Source: Staphylothermus hellenicus DSM 12710
GTDB taxonomy: Archaea; Thermoproteota; Thermoprotei_A; Sulfolobales; Desulfurococcaceae
Length of the DNA stretch: 32,000 nt
Assembly: GCF_000092465.1 (NCBI RefSeq)
Contig: NC_014205.1
Span: 1,380,001-1,412,000 of the forward strand
Direction: 5' to 3'
Each line of letters opens with the position of its first letter. The stretch's first letter is position 1. Under the pieces are notes generated by a model that worked only from the letters and a program-made list of their open reading frames with translations, ran no database searches and was not told the DNA's origin. Positions 16,805 to 25,637 of the stretch are shown here, piece after piece. Made by a program: the position numbers and the translations under genes.

Positions 16805-17070
16805 AATCTTCATTGATTTTGGAGGAGAATAGTGAAACATTAGAAGAGAAGGAAGAAACAGAAGAAAAAATACCGCCTCGCCTTGTAAGAATAAACTATC
16901 TAGAAAAATTCATTAAAACAACTATTCTATGGGAAAAATTTATTCACGGAGACATATCACTTAGAGACCTAGAAAAAGAACTTGCTAGAACAAAAAAGCG
17001 CAAAAAGACCGCTAAGAAGAAGGCGTCTAAGAAGAAATCAGCTAAGACAAAGAAAAAATCAGCTAAATGA
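16801..17070 (+). CDS. small protein with an acidic N-terminus and a poly-lysine C-terminal tail (putative nucleic-acid binding)
   Basis: GTG start overlaps the ATPase stop (GTGA). An alternative TTG at 16813 lies 8 nt after GGGTGA. Tail: RTKKRKKTAKKKASKKKSAKTKKKSAK. Confidence 0.6.
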   Translation: MKSSLILEENSETLEEKEETEEKIPPRLVRINYLEKFIKTTILWEKFIHGDISLRDLEKELARTKKRKKTAKKKASKKKSAKTKKKSAK

Positions 17071-17446
17071 ATTGTTTATGTATATCTACACTGCTGTAAC
17101 CTATTTTCTTAAGGCAGCTTATTACTTTATCAACACTAAATCTTCGATCAAAGACTATTTCAACATTATTCTCAGAATCTTTTTTGAAAAGTTTAATTTT
17201 ATGAACGACAACTCTACCCAAAATAACGTCTCTCTGCTCTTTAGGTGGAGCTATATATTCTTCGAATCTCTTCCTAGAAAACCTGTAAAACTCCTCAAAG
17301 TTCCTGATGATCCGCAGCGCTTCTTCGAGATCTCTAGTTATACTAGTATTTTCACCAATACACTCTAGTAGCTCTATTGCTTTTTTCCATGATAATTGAA
17401 CATGGGGGCTCTTAGCAAGATCAATAACTATGCTTATTTCACTCAA
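17063..17446 (-). CDS. hypothetical protein
   Basis: 127 codons, TTG start with GGGTG/AGGT SD-like sequence upstream. Divergent from PCNA. No motif I can name. Preferred over the overlapping plus-strand ORF 16982-17368. Confidence 0.5.
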   Translation of the reverse strand: MSEISIVIDLAKSPHVQLSWKKAIELLECIGENTSITRDLEEALRIIRNFEEFYRFSRKRFEEYIAPPKEQRDVILGRVVVHKIKLFKKDSENNVEIVFDRRFSVDKVISCLKKIGYSSVDIHKQFI

Positions 17447-17546
17447 TAACCTGCACCCGTTAATTAACTTATTATGCTAGGTTTAAAAGCATCGGATTAC
17501 AAATTTTATTCTTGAACAAAGTAAATTATAGTTTGGTGTTATAAAT

Positions 17547-18305
17547 ATGTTTAGAGCCAGCTACACAGCTACATCGAAATTCAAATACATAACACAAACA
17601 ATAGCTAAGATAACTGATGAGGCACCATTTTATGCTACACAAGATGCTTTAGAAGTTAGAGTCCTCAGCCCTGATAAGACAACACTTACAATAGTTAAAA
17701 TACCATCCATAGCTTTTGAAGAATATGAAGTGGATGAGGAGAAACACTTTGTAATTGGAGCCGGCGAGCTAAATAAGATAGTGAAAAGAGGAACCAGAAA
17801 CGATATCTTAGTATTTGAGCTTGACGAAGAAAAGAACCAGTTAAAAATCATTTTCAGAAACAAGAAGACTGGTATTGAGAGAAGCTTTGTTCTTGAAACA
17901 AAGCCTCGGACAGTTGAGAAAATACCTGAACCACAAATAGATCTTGGAGTCACAGCTAGATTTGTTGCTGATGATTATAAACATATAATTAGAGACTTGA
18001 AAATAATTGGAGAAGAAGCAGTATTTCATTATAAGGACGGGAAGCTCTATATATATTCTCATGCAGAACAAAAAGAGTATAGAGGAGAATTCTCGGAAGG
18101 AAACCCGCTCACATATTTGTCTGCAACAATAGATGAAGCACGCGCAAGATATAGTGTTGGATTATTGGAAGCCACACTTAAACCTATTCAAGCAGCAAAG
18201 TTTGTAACGTTATCGTTTGATCGAGATAAACCCATGAAGATAGAGTTCGAAATAACAGAAGGTGGATACGTAGTATACTGGATAGTTCCCAGGATTGAAG
18301 CATAA
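17547..18305 (+). CDS. pcn: DNA polymerase sliding clamp (PCNA)
   Basis: 252 aa, two-domain PCNA-like pattern (FRASYTATSKFKYITQTIAKITDEAPFYATQDALEVRVLSPDKTTL...YLSATIDEARARYSVGLLEATLKP...MKIEFEI). Confidence 0.9.
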   Translation: MFRASYTATSKFKYITQTIAKITDEAPFYATQDALEVRVLSPDKTTLTIVKIPSIAFEEYEVDEEKHFVIGAGELNKIVKRGTRNDILVFELDEEKNQLKIIFRNKKTGIERSFVLETKPRTVEKIPEPQIDLGVTARFVADDYKHIIRDLKIIGEEAVFHYKDGKLYIYSHAEQKEYRGEFSEGNPLTYLSATIDEARARYSVGLLEATLKPIQAAKFVTLSFDRDKPMKIEFEITEGGYVVYWIVPRIEA

Positions 18306-18522
18306 ATATAGACACTATAAAAACATTAAACTATACACTTATTTAGATTCTAGAATTATTTTTAGAAGCTGCAAAAATTGTTTTAAGAATCATTATGTTC
18401 ACTCTTCTAAATCCTCCACAATAAAATGGTTCGGGAAATATAGATGAAGACTCCTAGTAGCTTATATGAAGCCCCGACATAAGAGGGTGGGAACAAGCTC
18501 AAAAACAATACATGAGCAACCG

Positions 18523-18768
18523 CTATGAGCTAAGCTTTGATAATAGTTCTTGGAAAACTTTTGTTTTATCAGCTTCTTTAGTTGTTTTTCCAGTCTTACC
18601 CATAGTTTTTGTTTTAAATTCAATAGACCAAGCAGGTTTAGGACAAATTTTTCTCTTAGGACACGATAAGCAACAGTGTATGCATACCATTAAATCCGGA
18701 TATAATGTACACTGTTTTACCGGCTCATATCTGCCGCAGAAATCACATCTTTCCCAATAAATCGTCAA
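18523..18768 (-). CDS. small cysteine-rich (8 Cys) metal-binding protein with a basic tail
   Basis: TTG start with GGTGA SD 8 nt upstream. Cysteine pattern CDFCG..x8..C..x8..CIHCCLSCP..x5..CP. The overlapping plus-strand ORF lacks an SD and looks like an antisense shadow. Confidence 0.5.
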   Translation of the reverse strand: MTIYWERCDFCGRYEPVKQCTLYPDLMVCIHCCLSCPKRKICPKPAWSIEFKTKTMGKTGKTTKEADKTKVFQELLSKLSS

Positions 18769-18935
18769 TTTATTCTCACCACACAGGATAATTATTATGG
18801 TTTAATGATTGTTAAACTTATTGCAGACTTCTTTTATTGTTCAGAATCTACTTATTTATTTATGATAATATAAAATATACTTACACGTATATATCATATT
18901 AGAGAGGCAAATTGCTGGTTGGAGCGGATGAGCTA

Positions 18936-19523
18936 ATGATGTATGAAATAATATTTTATGGTAGAGGCGGTCAGGGAGGAGTGACCGCTGCTAATATACT
19001 TGTTCATGCAGCACTATATCAGAAACTATATGGACAAGGCTTCCCATTCTTCGGCGCTGAAAGGAGAGGGGCTCCTGTTATGGCATTTGCTAGGATCAGT
19101 GATAAACCAATAGTTAGACATGGAATGTTCTATGAAGCAGATATTCTAGTAATACTAGATCATAAACTAATAGATATTGGAGCGACAAAGAAAGTCTATG
19201 TAAGAGATAATGGATATGTAATCGTAAATATGCCGAGTGATTATGAAATTGATTATGGAAAATTCAATATTTTAGGTAAAGCGAGATTCTATGGTGTTAA
19301 CGCTAAGAAAATAGCTTTAGAAAATAAGCTAGTTGTTGCAGGATGGCCCGTAGTAAATACTTCAATGCTTGGAGCATTATCTAAAGCTACAAAGATAATA
19401 AGTGTTGAAAACATAATGAAAGCAATAAAATCCTATTTTGGAGGAAGAGTTGGGGAAGCTAATGCTAAAGCAGCTTTTCAAGCCTATAATGAAACTCCCT
19501 TGATAAGAGAGGTGAATATGTAA
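18936..19523 (+). CDS. porG: 2-oxoacid (pyruvate/2-ketoisovalerate):ferredoxin oxidoreductase, gamma subunit
   Basis: [22 protein letters not shown] and [10 protein letters not shown] motifs. I prefer ATG 18936 to the track's TTG 18912. Substrate (POR or VOR) cannot be told from the sequence alone. Confidence 0.9.
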   Translation: MMYEIIFYGRGGQGGVTAANILVHAALYQKLYGQGFPFFGAERRGAPVMAFARISDKPIVRHGMFYEADILVILDHKLIDIGATKKVYVRDNGYVIVNMPSDYEIDYGKFNILGKARFYGVNAKKIALENKLVVAGWPVVNTSMLGALSKATKIISVENIMKAIKSYFGGRVGEANAKAAFQAYNETPLIREVNM

Positions 19524-19804
19524 TGCCTGATAAATTAATAACTATGGGCTCATCATATAAGATACCCTTAGCGAAACCAGCTGTTGGAGTAGCTGGAAAA
19601 ACTGGTTTTTGGAGAACGACTAAGCCTCTAGTAGATAATAGTAAATGTGTTAAATGCTTCTTATGCGAAATATATTGTCCAGTAAATGTTATCAGGGTTG
19701 AGCCTGAAACAGGTGTTACAATTAATTATGACTACTGTAAAGGATGCGGTGTATGTGTAGATGTATGCCCGGTTAATGCAATAAAGCTTGTACCTGAAGA
19801 GTAG
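19523..19804 (+). CDS. porD: 2-oxoacid:ferredoxin oxidoreductase, delta subunit (2x[4Fe-4S])
   Basis: [12 protein letters not shown] and [21 protein letters not shown] upstream. ATG abuts the gamma stop (TAATG, 1-nt overlap). Confidence 0.92.
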   Translation: MPDKLITMGSSYKIPLAKPAVGVAGKTGFWRTTKPLVDNSKCVKCFLCEIYCPVNVIRVEPETGVTINYDYCKGCGVCVDVCPVNAIKLVPEE

Positions 19805-19818
19805 GGGAGGTGTATTAG

Positions 19819-20997
19819 ATGGGTAAACTCGTAGCTTTAACAGGTAATTATTCTGTTGCATACGCAGCCAAGTATGCACGAATAGATGTTGTCGCAGCAT
19901 ATCCTATTACACCACAAACAAGCATCGTTGAGAAACTCGCGGAACTAATAGAGTCTGGAGAACTAGATGCTACAATGATCCGTGTTGAAAGCGAACATTC
20001 AGCATTAGCCGCAACTTTTGGAGCTGCAGTAGCTGGTGCCCGCGCATTTACGGCGACAAGTAGCCAGGGACTCATGTATATGCATGAATGGGTGCATTGG
20101 ACTGCTCGAGCAAGAATTCCAGTAGTTATGGCTATAGTAACTAGGGCTCTAGCTCCTCCGTGGAATATTTGGCCTGATCACACGGACTTCATGGATCAAC
20201 GTGATACAGGATGGATTATGAGTTTTGGAATGGATAATCAAGAAGTATTCGACTTAACACTACAAGCATTTAAGATCAGCGAAGATCCTAGAGTATATCT
20301 GCCAGTCATGGTTGGATTGGAAGGATTTATTCTAGGACATACAACTATGCCTGTCGAACTACCCGATCAGAAGGATGTAGATGATTGGCTGGGCCCACGT
20401 AAACAAGGCTATGTAGTCGATGGTAAAGAGCCCATTGCTATTGGTAATCTCGCATGGCCTGAAGATACAGAGGAAATGCTTATGGATATACAGAAAGCTA
20501 TGAACGAAGCTAAAAACGTTATAAAAGAAGTAGATCAGGAGTATGGGAAAATCTTTGGTAGAAGCTATGGCGGCTTAATACAATGTATTAATTGTGAAGA
20601 CGCCAAATACTATGCTGTATCCATGGGTGCGTGGAGCGGGGATCTTATAGAAGCTGTTAATATGCTACGTGAAGAAGGATATCCTATAGGAGTATTAAGA
20701 ATAAGATACTATAGGCCATTCCCATACGAGGATATATGGGAGAAAATTAGAGGTGCTAAAGGAGTAATTGTTTTCGATAGAGCAATAAGCTTTGGTGCTT
20801 GGGGACAAATATTCACCGACTTAATTACTGGTTTAACCATGTATACTAGAAATCTTCCAGTGATATCGAATATTGTAGCTGGCATAGGAGGCGTCAATGT
20901 AACATATACTGAATTCTATAACTTAGTCAAAGAATTCATAGAAAAAATTGAGAAGGGAGAAGAACCCCCGCTTTTCAAATGGTATCATAGGAGGTGA
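19819..20997 (+). CDS. porA: 2-oxoacid:ferredoxin oxidoreductase, alpha subunit
   Basis: LTGNYSVAYAAKYARIDVVAAYPITPQT and ESEHSALAATFGAAVAGARAFTATSSQG. GGAGGTG SD upstream. Confidence 0.93.
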   Translation: MGKLVALTGNYSVAYAAKYARIDVVAAYPITPQTSIVEKLAELIESGELDATMIRVESEHSALAATFGAAVAGARAFTATSSQGLMYMHEWVHWTARARIPVVMAIVTRALAPPWNIWPDHTDFMDQRDTGWIMSFGMDNQEVFDLTLQAFKISEDPRVYLPVMVGLEGFILGHTTMPVELPDQKDVDDWLGPRKQGYVVDGKEPIAIGNLAWPEDTEEMLMDIQKAMNEAKNVIKEVDQEYGKIFGRSYGGLIQCINCEDAKYYAVSMGAWSGDLIEAVNMLREEGYPIGVLRIRYYRPFPYEDIWEKIRGAKGVIVFDRAISFGAWGQIFTDLITGLTMYTRNLPVISNIVAGIGGVNVTYTEFYNLVKEFIEKIEKGEEPPLFKWYHRR

Positions 20998-21914
20998 TCT
21001 ATGTGTCTAAACAAACAACCAGACCTAAACCCCCATTACCATATAATATGAGAGATGTGGTTCTTCCAGGAGATGCTGCTTGTCCTGGATGCCCTATACC
21101 TATGGGGTGGAAGGTTGTATCAGCTGTTTTTGGTGAAAAAACAATATTTGTTATACCAGCTTCTTGTTCATCCGTAGTAGTTGGAGCGTATCCAGGTAAT
21201 TCGTTAAAAGCTAGCGTTGTACATGTAGCATTTGCATCCGCTGCAGCTGTTGCATCCGGTATTGCTGAAGCATTACGGAAAAGAGGAATAACTGATGTAC
21301 AAGTAATTGCTTGGGCGGGAGACGGTGGAACAGCAGATATTGGTATGGCTAGTCTTAGTGGAGCAGCTGAGAGAAACCATAATATGATCTATATAATGTA
21401 TGATAACGAAGCATATATGAATACCGGTATTCAGAGAAGCTCGTCAACACCTTATGGTGCGTGGACAACAACTACCCCTATAATTGGTAAAACAGAGCAT
21501 AAGAAGGATGTTGCAAAAATAATGATTGCACATGGAGTTCCTTATGTAGCAACTGCAAGTGTTGCATATCCACATGACCTCTATTCCAAGCTTCAAAGAG
21601 CTAAGAATATTCCAGGCTTCAAATTCATACAACTACATGCCCCATGCCCTGTTGGATGGAGATTTGATCCTAAATATACTGTGAGAGTGGGAAAACTAGC
21701 TGTAGAAACAGGGTTATGGATACTATACGAATACTATGATGGAAAAATACGATTATCAGGCCCAAGCAGACCATTCATTGATCCTGCTAAGAGAAAGCCT
21801 ATCGAAGAATATTTAAAGCTTCAAGGCAGGTTTAAGAAGATTACAAAAGAGAAAATAGAAGAGATCCAGAGATACGTAGAAGCAAATTGGAACTGGATCA
21901 AAAAACATATGTAG
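20994..21914 (+). CDS. porB: 2-oxoacid:ferredoxin oxidoreductase, beta subunit (TPP-binding)
   Basis: CPGCP, AWAGDGGTADIGMASL and YDNEAYMNTGIQRS motifs. GTG start overlaps the alpha stop. An alternative GTG at 21003 lies 5 nt after GGAGGTGA. Confidence 0.93.
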   Translation: MIYVSKQTTRPKPPLPYNMRDVVLPGDAACPGCPIPMGWKVVSAVFGEKTIFVIPASCSSVVVGAYPGNSLKASVVHVAFASAAAVASGIAEALRKRGITDVQVIAWAGDGGTADIGMASLSGAAERNHNMIYIMYDNEAYMNTGIQRSSSTPYGAWTTTTPIIGKTEHKKDVAKIMIAHGVPYVATASVAYPHDLYSKLQRAKNIPGFKFIQLHAPCPVGWRFDPKYTVRVGKLAVETGLWILYEYYDGKIRLSGPSRPFIDPAKRKPIEEYLKLQGRFKKITKEKIEEIQRYVEANWNWIKKHM

Positions 21915-21923
21915 ACGTATTCA

Positions 21924-22793
21924 TTAATGTTGTAATTGTTTTTTTAACCTATACTCACTACCAGTTATACGGAACCCGTTTTGGAGAAATGCTCTGATCA
22001 TTTTATTCTTGCTAGAATCTATGTTTACAGATATCTGTTCAGCACCTAAACTATATGCTATATCGCCAAGCTTAGAGATGATCGCTAATAATGCTTCTAT
22101 AGGCTTATGATAAGATACCGCTAGATAATCCACCAGGATCTTTTTATCTGGTTGAAACTCGGCGACACCTCTAAGCTTGCCATCTTCATATACAATCAAT
22201 ATTTTCTCATCCGTTATTCTATGATATACGAGCTTATCAACTGGCTCAGTAATATTGCTCCACCAAGTTGTGGGAAGCATATGAGCATTGATCACAGCGT
22301 CTTTAGCATTCTTTAATATAAATGAATAATTAGGAATAGTTATCTTCGTAACTTTACTTACTTGTTGAGAAAGCTCTAATACAACACCATCTATGACATA
22401 GTCATTTTTCAAATAAAAGCCCAGAGCAGAATAGTTATCTTTTTTAACACTTAAATAAATAGTTTTCTTCTTCTTACCTCTAAGTCTCTCCTCTAGTTCT
22501 CTAAGCAACTTAGAACCTATTCCAAGACCTCTATGTTTTGGATCAACAGCTAATGAATCAATATATATTTTATTATGCCTTCTATAAGCTATTAGGAAAC
22601 CCACAACTTTGCCGTGATAATCTGCTACAAGAACTATTCTCCCACTACTTTTAACCTTTAATAAGTTATAGAACCATTCATAGTCTTCCTCATCTAGTCC
22701 ACTAAGACTGTCTAAATGTATTTTGAAGATATCATATGCTTCGCTTGATCTGGGAAACCTTATCTTAACAGCTACATCTTCACTTAGATCCAT
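21924..22793 (-). CDS. tandem GNAT-fold N-acetyltransferase
   Basis: N-terminal domain carries the acetyl-CoA motif LAVDPKHRGLGIGSKLLRELE. The C-terminal half repeats a GNAT-like strand pattern (LVDYLAVSYHKPIEALL...NGFRITG) without the Q/RxxGxG motif. Confidence 0.75.
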   Translation of the reverse strand: MDLSEDVAVKIRFPRSSEAYDIFKIHLDSLSGLDEEDYEWFYNLLKVKSSGRIVLVADYHGKVVGFLIAYRRHNKIYIDSLAVDPKHRGLGIGSKLLRELEERLRGKKKKTIYLSVKKDNYSALGFYLKNDYVIDGVVLELSQQVSKVTKITIPNYSFILKNAKDAVINAHMLPTTWWSNITEPVDKLVYHRITDEKILIVYEDGKLRGVAEFQPDKKILVDYLAVSYHKPIEALLAIISKLGDIAYSLGAEQISVNIDSSKNKMIRAFLQNGFRITGSEYRLKKQLQH

Positions 22794-22882
22794 ATTTTAA
22801 ACTGCATCCTCTTGCTTAATTGTATATTCTTAAATTAATCATGTATTTAAGGAGTTTATAAATATTTGAATCATATACTTTC

Positions 22883-23074
22883 TCATAATATTTTTTCCAG
22901 AACAATAATTATTGCTGTAAATATAAGTGCAATAGCTATCAAGACCTGGGGTTTCATTCTTATACCTACATCTGCTTCTTCATAAAATCTAATAAGCCCA
23001 GCAGCTGTGAAGGGGCCTGGTGCTTCCTTCTTTTTTCTACCATGCGCTCTCCTAGATTTTTTAGGCAAATACAT
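22883..23074 (-). CDS. secG: preprotein translocase subunit Sec61-beta (archaeal SecG)
   Basis: AAGLIRFYEE...IRMKPQVLIAIALIFTAIIIVLEKIL, the conserved Sec61-beta motif plus a C-terminal tail-anchor TM. The start may be the TTG two codons in. Confidence 0.85.
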   Translation of the reverse strand: MYLPKKSRRAHGRKKKEAPGPFTAAGLIRFYEEADVGIRMKPQVLIAIALIFTAIIIVLEKIL

Positions 23075-23149
23075 CCCCTCTACAATGTTTGTATTTAAAT
23101 GTAATAAACCTTATTAAATCTATTAGAGTTTTTCCAGAGGTGATACATT

Positions 23150-23410
23150 ATGGGCAGAGACTCTATGAGTATTAGACAAGCACAGTTATTGATAAGGGAA
23201 AAATACTATGAGAGGGATCATGCCCGGGGATTATTTGCTACTTATACATGGTTTATTGAAGAGGTGGGCGAATTAGCAGAGGCACTGCTTTCCCAAAACA
23301 AGGAGTCTATAGAAGAGGAGATAGCAGATGTTTTAGCATGGCTGTTAAGTGTTGCAAATCTTGTTGGTGTTGATGTGGAGAAAGCTTTTGAGAAGAAATA
23401 TCTTAAATGA
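23150..23410 (+). CDS. MazG-like nucleotide pyrophosphohydrolase (small single-domain type)
   Basis: EEVGELAEAL...EEEIADVLAWLLSVANLVGVDVEKAFEKKY, an EExxE...D metal-binding pattern. AGGTGA SD upstream. Confidence 0.8.
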   Translation: MGRDSMSIRQAQLLIREKYYERDHARGLFATYTWFIEEVGELAEALLSQNKESIEEEIADVLAWLLSVANLVGVDVEKAFEKKYLK

Positions 23411-24148
23411 TTAGTTCTTTTTTATAGCTGAGATTATCTTAGATGCCTTATCAGGATCTTCTTCGACAATAGTACCAGTAACAATTATGTCTGCACCGCT
23501 TGAGACAAGCTTCTTCGCAATAAATGGAGACCTTATTCCGCCACCAACCATTGTGATTAGATTAGTATTTTTCTTTACTATAGCGGGAAAGCTTGGTGGT
23601 ACAGGTTTAGGTGAACCACTACCTGCTTCTAAGTAAATATACTTGATCCCAATCATTTCAGCTGCCCATGCATATGATAATATTATTTCTGGCTTGTTAA
23701 CTGGGATCGGATACGTTCTACCAACATGTGCGACAGCTGTTTCACTATATACAACTATGTAACCAGTGGGAAGAGTTTCTAGTTTATATTTCTTAATTAT
23801 GGGTGCTGCAGCTATTTGGGCATGCATTAAATAGTAGTGCTCCATAGAATTCATCAAGATCATGAATAATACGGCATCAGCATATGGTGTTAAACAATTA
23901 ATATTTCCGGGAAATATGATTACGGGTAAGCCTGTTTTTTTCAAAATCTTCGCTGTCTCACCTGCTTCCTCGGGTGTAACACCTAAGCTTCCACCTATTA
24001 GGAATGCGTCGGTTCCAAATTCTACCATTCTAGCAGCTGTTTCTTCAAGTTTTCCAAGATCATTTACTCTATCAGGATCTATAAGTGTAAAATGAAGTTT
24101 TCTACCATTATTTATATTTTCAACTATATAGTTATTCACTTTCCCCAA
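23411..24148 (-). CDS. geranylgeranylglyceryl phosphate synthase (GGGPS/PcrB family)
   Basis: HFTLIDPD, LIGGS, IYLEAGSG, VGGGIRS and IVTGT motifs. TTG start (or GTG at 24139). Confidence 0.92.
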   Translation of the reverse strand: MGKVNNYIVENINNGRKLHFTLIDPDRVNDLGKLEETAARMVEFGTDAFLIGGSLGVTPEEAGETAKILKKTGLPVIIFPGNINCLTPYADAVLFMILMNSMEHYYLMHAQIAAAPIIKKYKLETLPTGYIVVYSETAVAHVGRTYPIPVNKPEIILSYAWAAEMIGIKYIYLEAGSGSPKPVPPSFPAIVKKNTNLITMVGGGIRSPFIAKKLVSSGADIIVTGTIVEEDPDKASKIISAIKKN

Positions 24149-24449
24149 CTACTTCACCGGCCCTTTCTTCTTCGTTTTTCTTTCTAAACTCAACCTCTAT
24201 GCTGCCTTCTTCGAATGCATCAATAAATTTAGCGTAAACGTCGAGAGCCTCATAGAGTTCTGGTACTTGCATTTCAGCATGTAATCCACATGTTCCACAT
24301 GTAATAATTGCTTTCTTATATCCTGGAATCTTTAATTTTTCAAACCTGATCGTTAATGTCTTGGCTCCACAGTTAGGGCATTGAAAGATCTTAGGAATCT
24401 TTCTTACCTTCCTAATTGGTTTCCTATACTTTTTCCTCCTACGCCCCAT
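24132..24449 (-). CDS. elf1: transcription elongation factor Elf1 homolog (zinc ribbon)
   Basis: MGRRRKKYRKP...FQCPNCG...ITCGTCG...LDVYAKFIDAFEEG. I prefer the MGRRRKK start (24449) to the longer track ORF (24467). Confidence 0.75.
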   Translation of the reverse strand: MGRRRKKYRKPIRKVRKIPKIFQCPNCGAKTLTIRFEKLKIPGYKKAIITCGTCGLHAEMQVPELYEALDVYAKFIDAFEEGSIEVEFRKKNEEERAGEVVGESE

Positions 24450-24879
24450 TAACTCTTCCCCTCTCATATCTTCTATTCCTACTAATATTATAAAGTAGTT
24501 TCCTAAGAGTCGGGCTTAACCCTATCCTAATTATTTCATTAATAATTTTCTTCAATAACATTAAATCTTCAATAAATACTTCTCTATACATTGATTTATC
24601 CAGTGCATATCGAAGCATAACTAAATGTTTACAGCTCGGCTTCTTTTTCTTCGACATAACATGTATTGTGAAGTTTTTACAAGAACAGAACACATATGGA
24701 ATCATTACATGATCCCTTTTCTCGCCGACATAGAAATATATGGGATAATAGATTTCTCTCTTATCCAAAACAATTCTTGGCCTAATAATCTTTTTCAACT
24801 GCACACGTGAAATAAGGCTTCTTTCAATATCTTGTTCATGTATTCTTAGAATATAATTTATTGTTTCTTCAACACTCAT
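24439..24879 (-). CDS. SWIM zinc-finger domain protein
   Basis: A CxC...CxH pattern is visible: YVFCSCKNFTIHVMSKKKKPSCKHLVMLRYAL. Confidence 0.65.
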   Translation of the reverse strand: MSVEETINYILRIHEQDIERSLISRVQLKKIIRPRIVLDKREIYYPIYFYVGEKRDHVMIPYVFCSCKNFTIHVMSKKKKPSCKHLVMLRYALDKSMYREVFIEDLMLLKKIINEIIRIGLSPTLRKLLYNISRNRRYERGRVNGA

Positions 24880-24883
24880 TTAT

Positions 24884-25582
24884 TTATCGCCTACTATATA
24901 CTCTAATAATATTTCCTGGATAGGATACAATCACATAGTCAACAAGGTTATTAGGAAACAAGCCGGTTTCAACTACACCATTAATTTTCTTTATTTCCTC
25001 GTCCACACGCCTTGCATCCTGTATTTTTTCATAGATAAGATCTATAATGAAGTCCCCATTATCAGTTATAATAGGGCCATCCTTCATTTTCCCCATGCGA
25101 AGAACGGGTTTACCTAGAATGGCTAGTTTTTCTATCACGTAATATGCTGTATTGGGAACTACCTCTATAGGTACAGGTTTCATGTAGAGATACGGTTCTG
25201 GATTAACTTTTGTATAATCTGCGACATAGATCCTCAGCTTGCTTCTAATAGCTAATTGTTTTTCCCATAGAAGAGCTGCTCCCCGCCCCTTTATAATATC
25301 CATGTTAGAATTGATCTCGTCTAATCCATCAACATATATATCTACATAATCACAGTTTATTGGAGTATAAGCATCTATTCCATGTTTACGGAGATAGTTA
25401 AGAGTAGCATAACTTGAGACAACCACTTTTTTATCCTTAAGCATATCTAACCTGATAAGCTCATCTATGAAATACTTAATCGTAGAGCCTGTGCCAATCC
25501 CTAATATTTTGGAATCCCTTATTTTATCCATGAACATTCTCAATGCATAAATGCTGGATAATTTCTTTAAATACTCATACAA
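24884..25582 (-). CDS. rpiA: ribose-5-phosphate isomerase A
   Basis: LGIGTGST, VDGLDEI, KGRGAALLWEK and ETGLF motifs. Confidence 0.92.
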   Translation of the reverse strand: MYEYLKKLSSIYALRMFMDKIRDSKILGIGTGSTIKYFIDELIRLDMLKDKKVVVSSYATLNYLRKHGIDAYTPINCDYVDIYVDGLDEINSNMDIIKGRGAALLWEKQLAIRSKLRIYVADYTKVNPEPYLYMKPVPIEVVPNTAYYVIEKLAILGKPVLRMGKMKDGPIITDNGDFIIDLIYEKIQDARRVDEEIKKINGVVETGLFPNNLVDYVIVSYPGNIIRVYSRR

Positions 25583-25637
25583 TATCTGATCCCTACATAA
25601 CGTATTCTAATCAAAGTAAAACAAGTTTTGGTTAGGA

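Noticed and set aside
16987-17067. Apparent tandem repeat at DNA level (aag aag aaa tca gct aag ...)
   Set aside because: It is low-complexity coding sequence for the KKKxSAK lysine tail, not a structured repeat or CRISPR-like element.
6157-17070. Idea that the VirB4-like/HerA-like block is an integrated conjugative plasmid or virus
   Set aside because: No integrase, transposase, relaxase/Rep-like gene or flanking direct repeats are visible. The only tRNA is 8 kb away and intact. The flanks are core genes. A chromosomal (Ced-like) system fits better.
16982-17368. 128-aa plus-strand ORF overlapping both the poly-lysine protein gene and the 127-aa minus-strand gene
   Set aside because: It begins out of frame inside the lysine-tail coding region, which produces an RRRRLRR artefact. 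It has no SD and is antisense to an ORF that has a proper SD-spaced start.
18512-18760. 82-aa plus-strand ORF antisense to the Cys-rich ORF
   Set aside because: It has no SD and an unremarkable hydrophobic or random composition. The minus-strand ORF has GGTGA at the correct spacing and an ordered cysteine pattern. The call remains uncertain.
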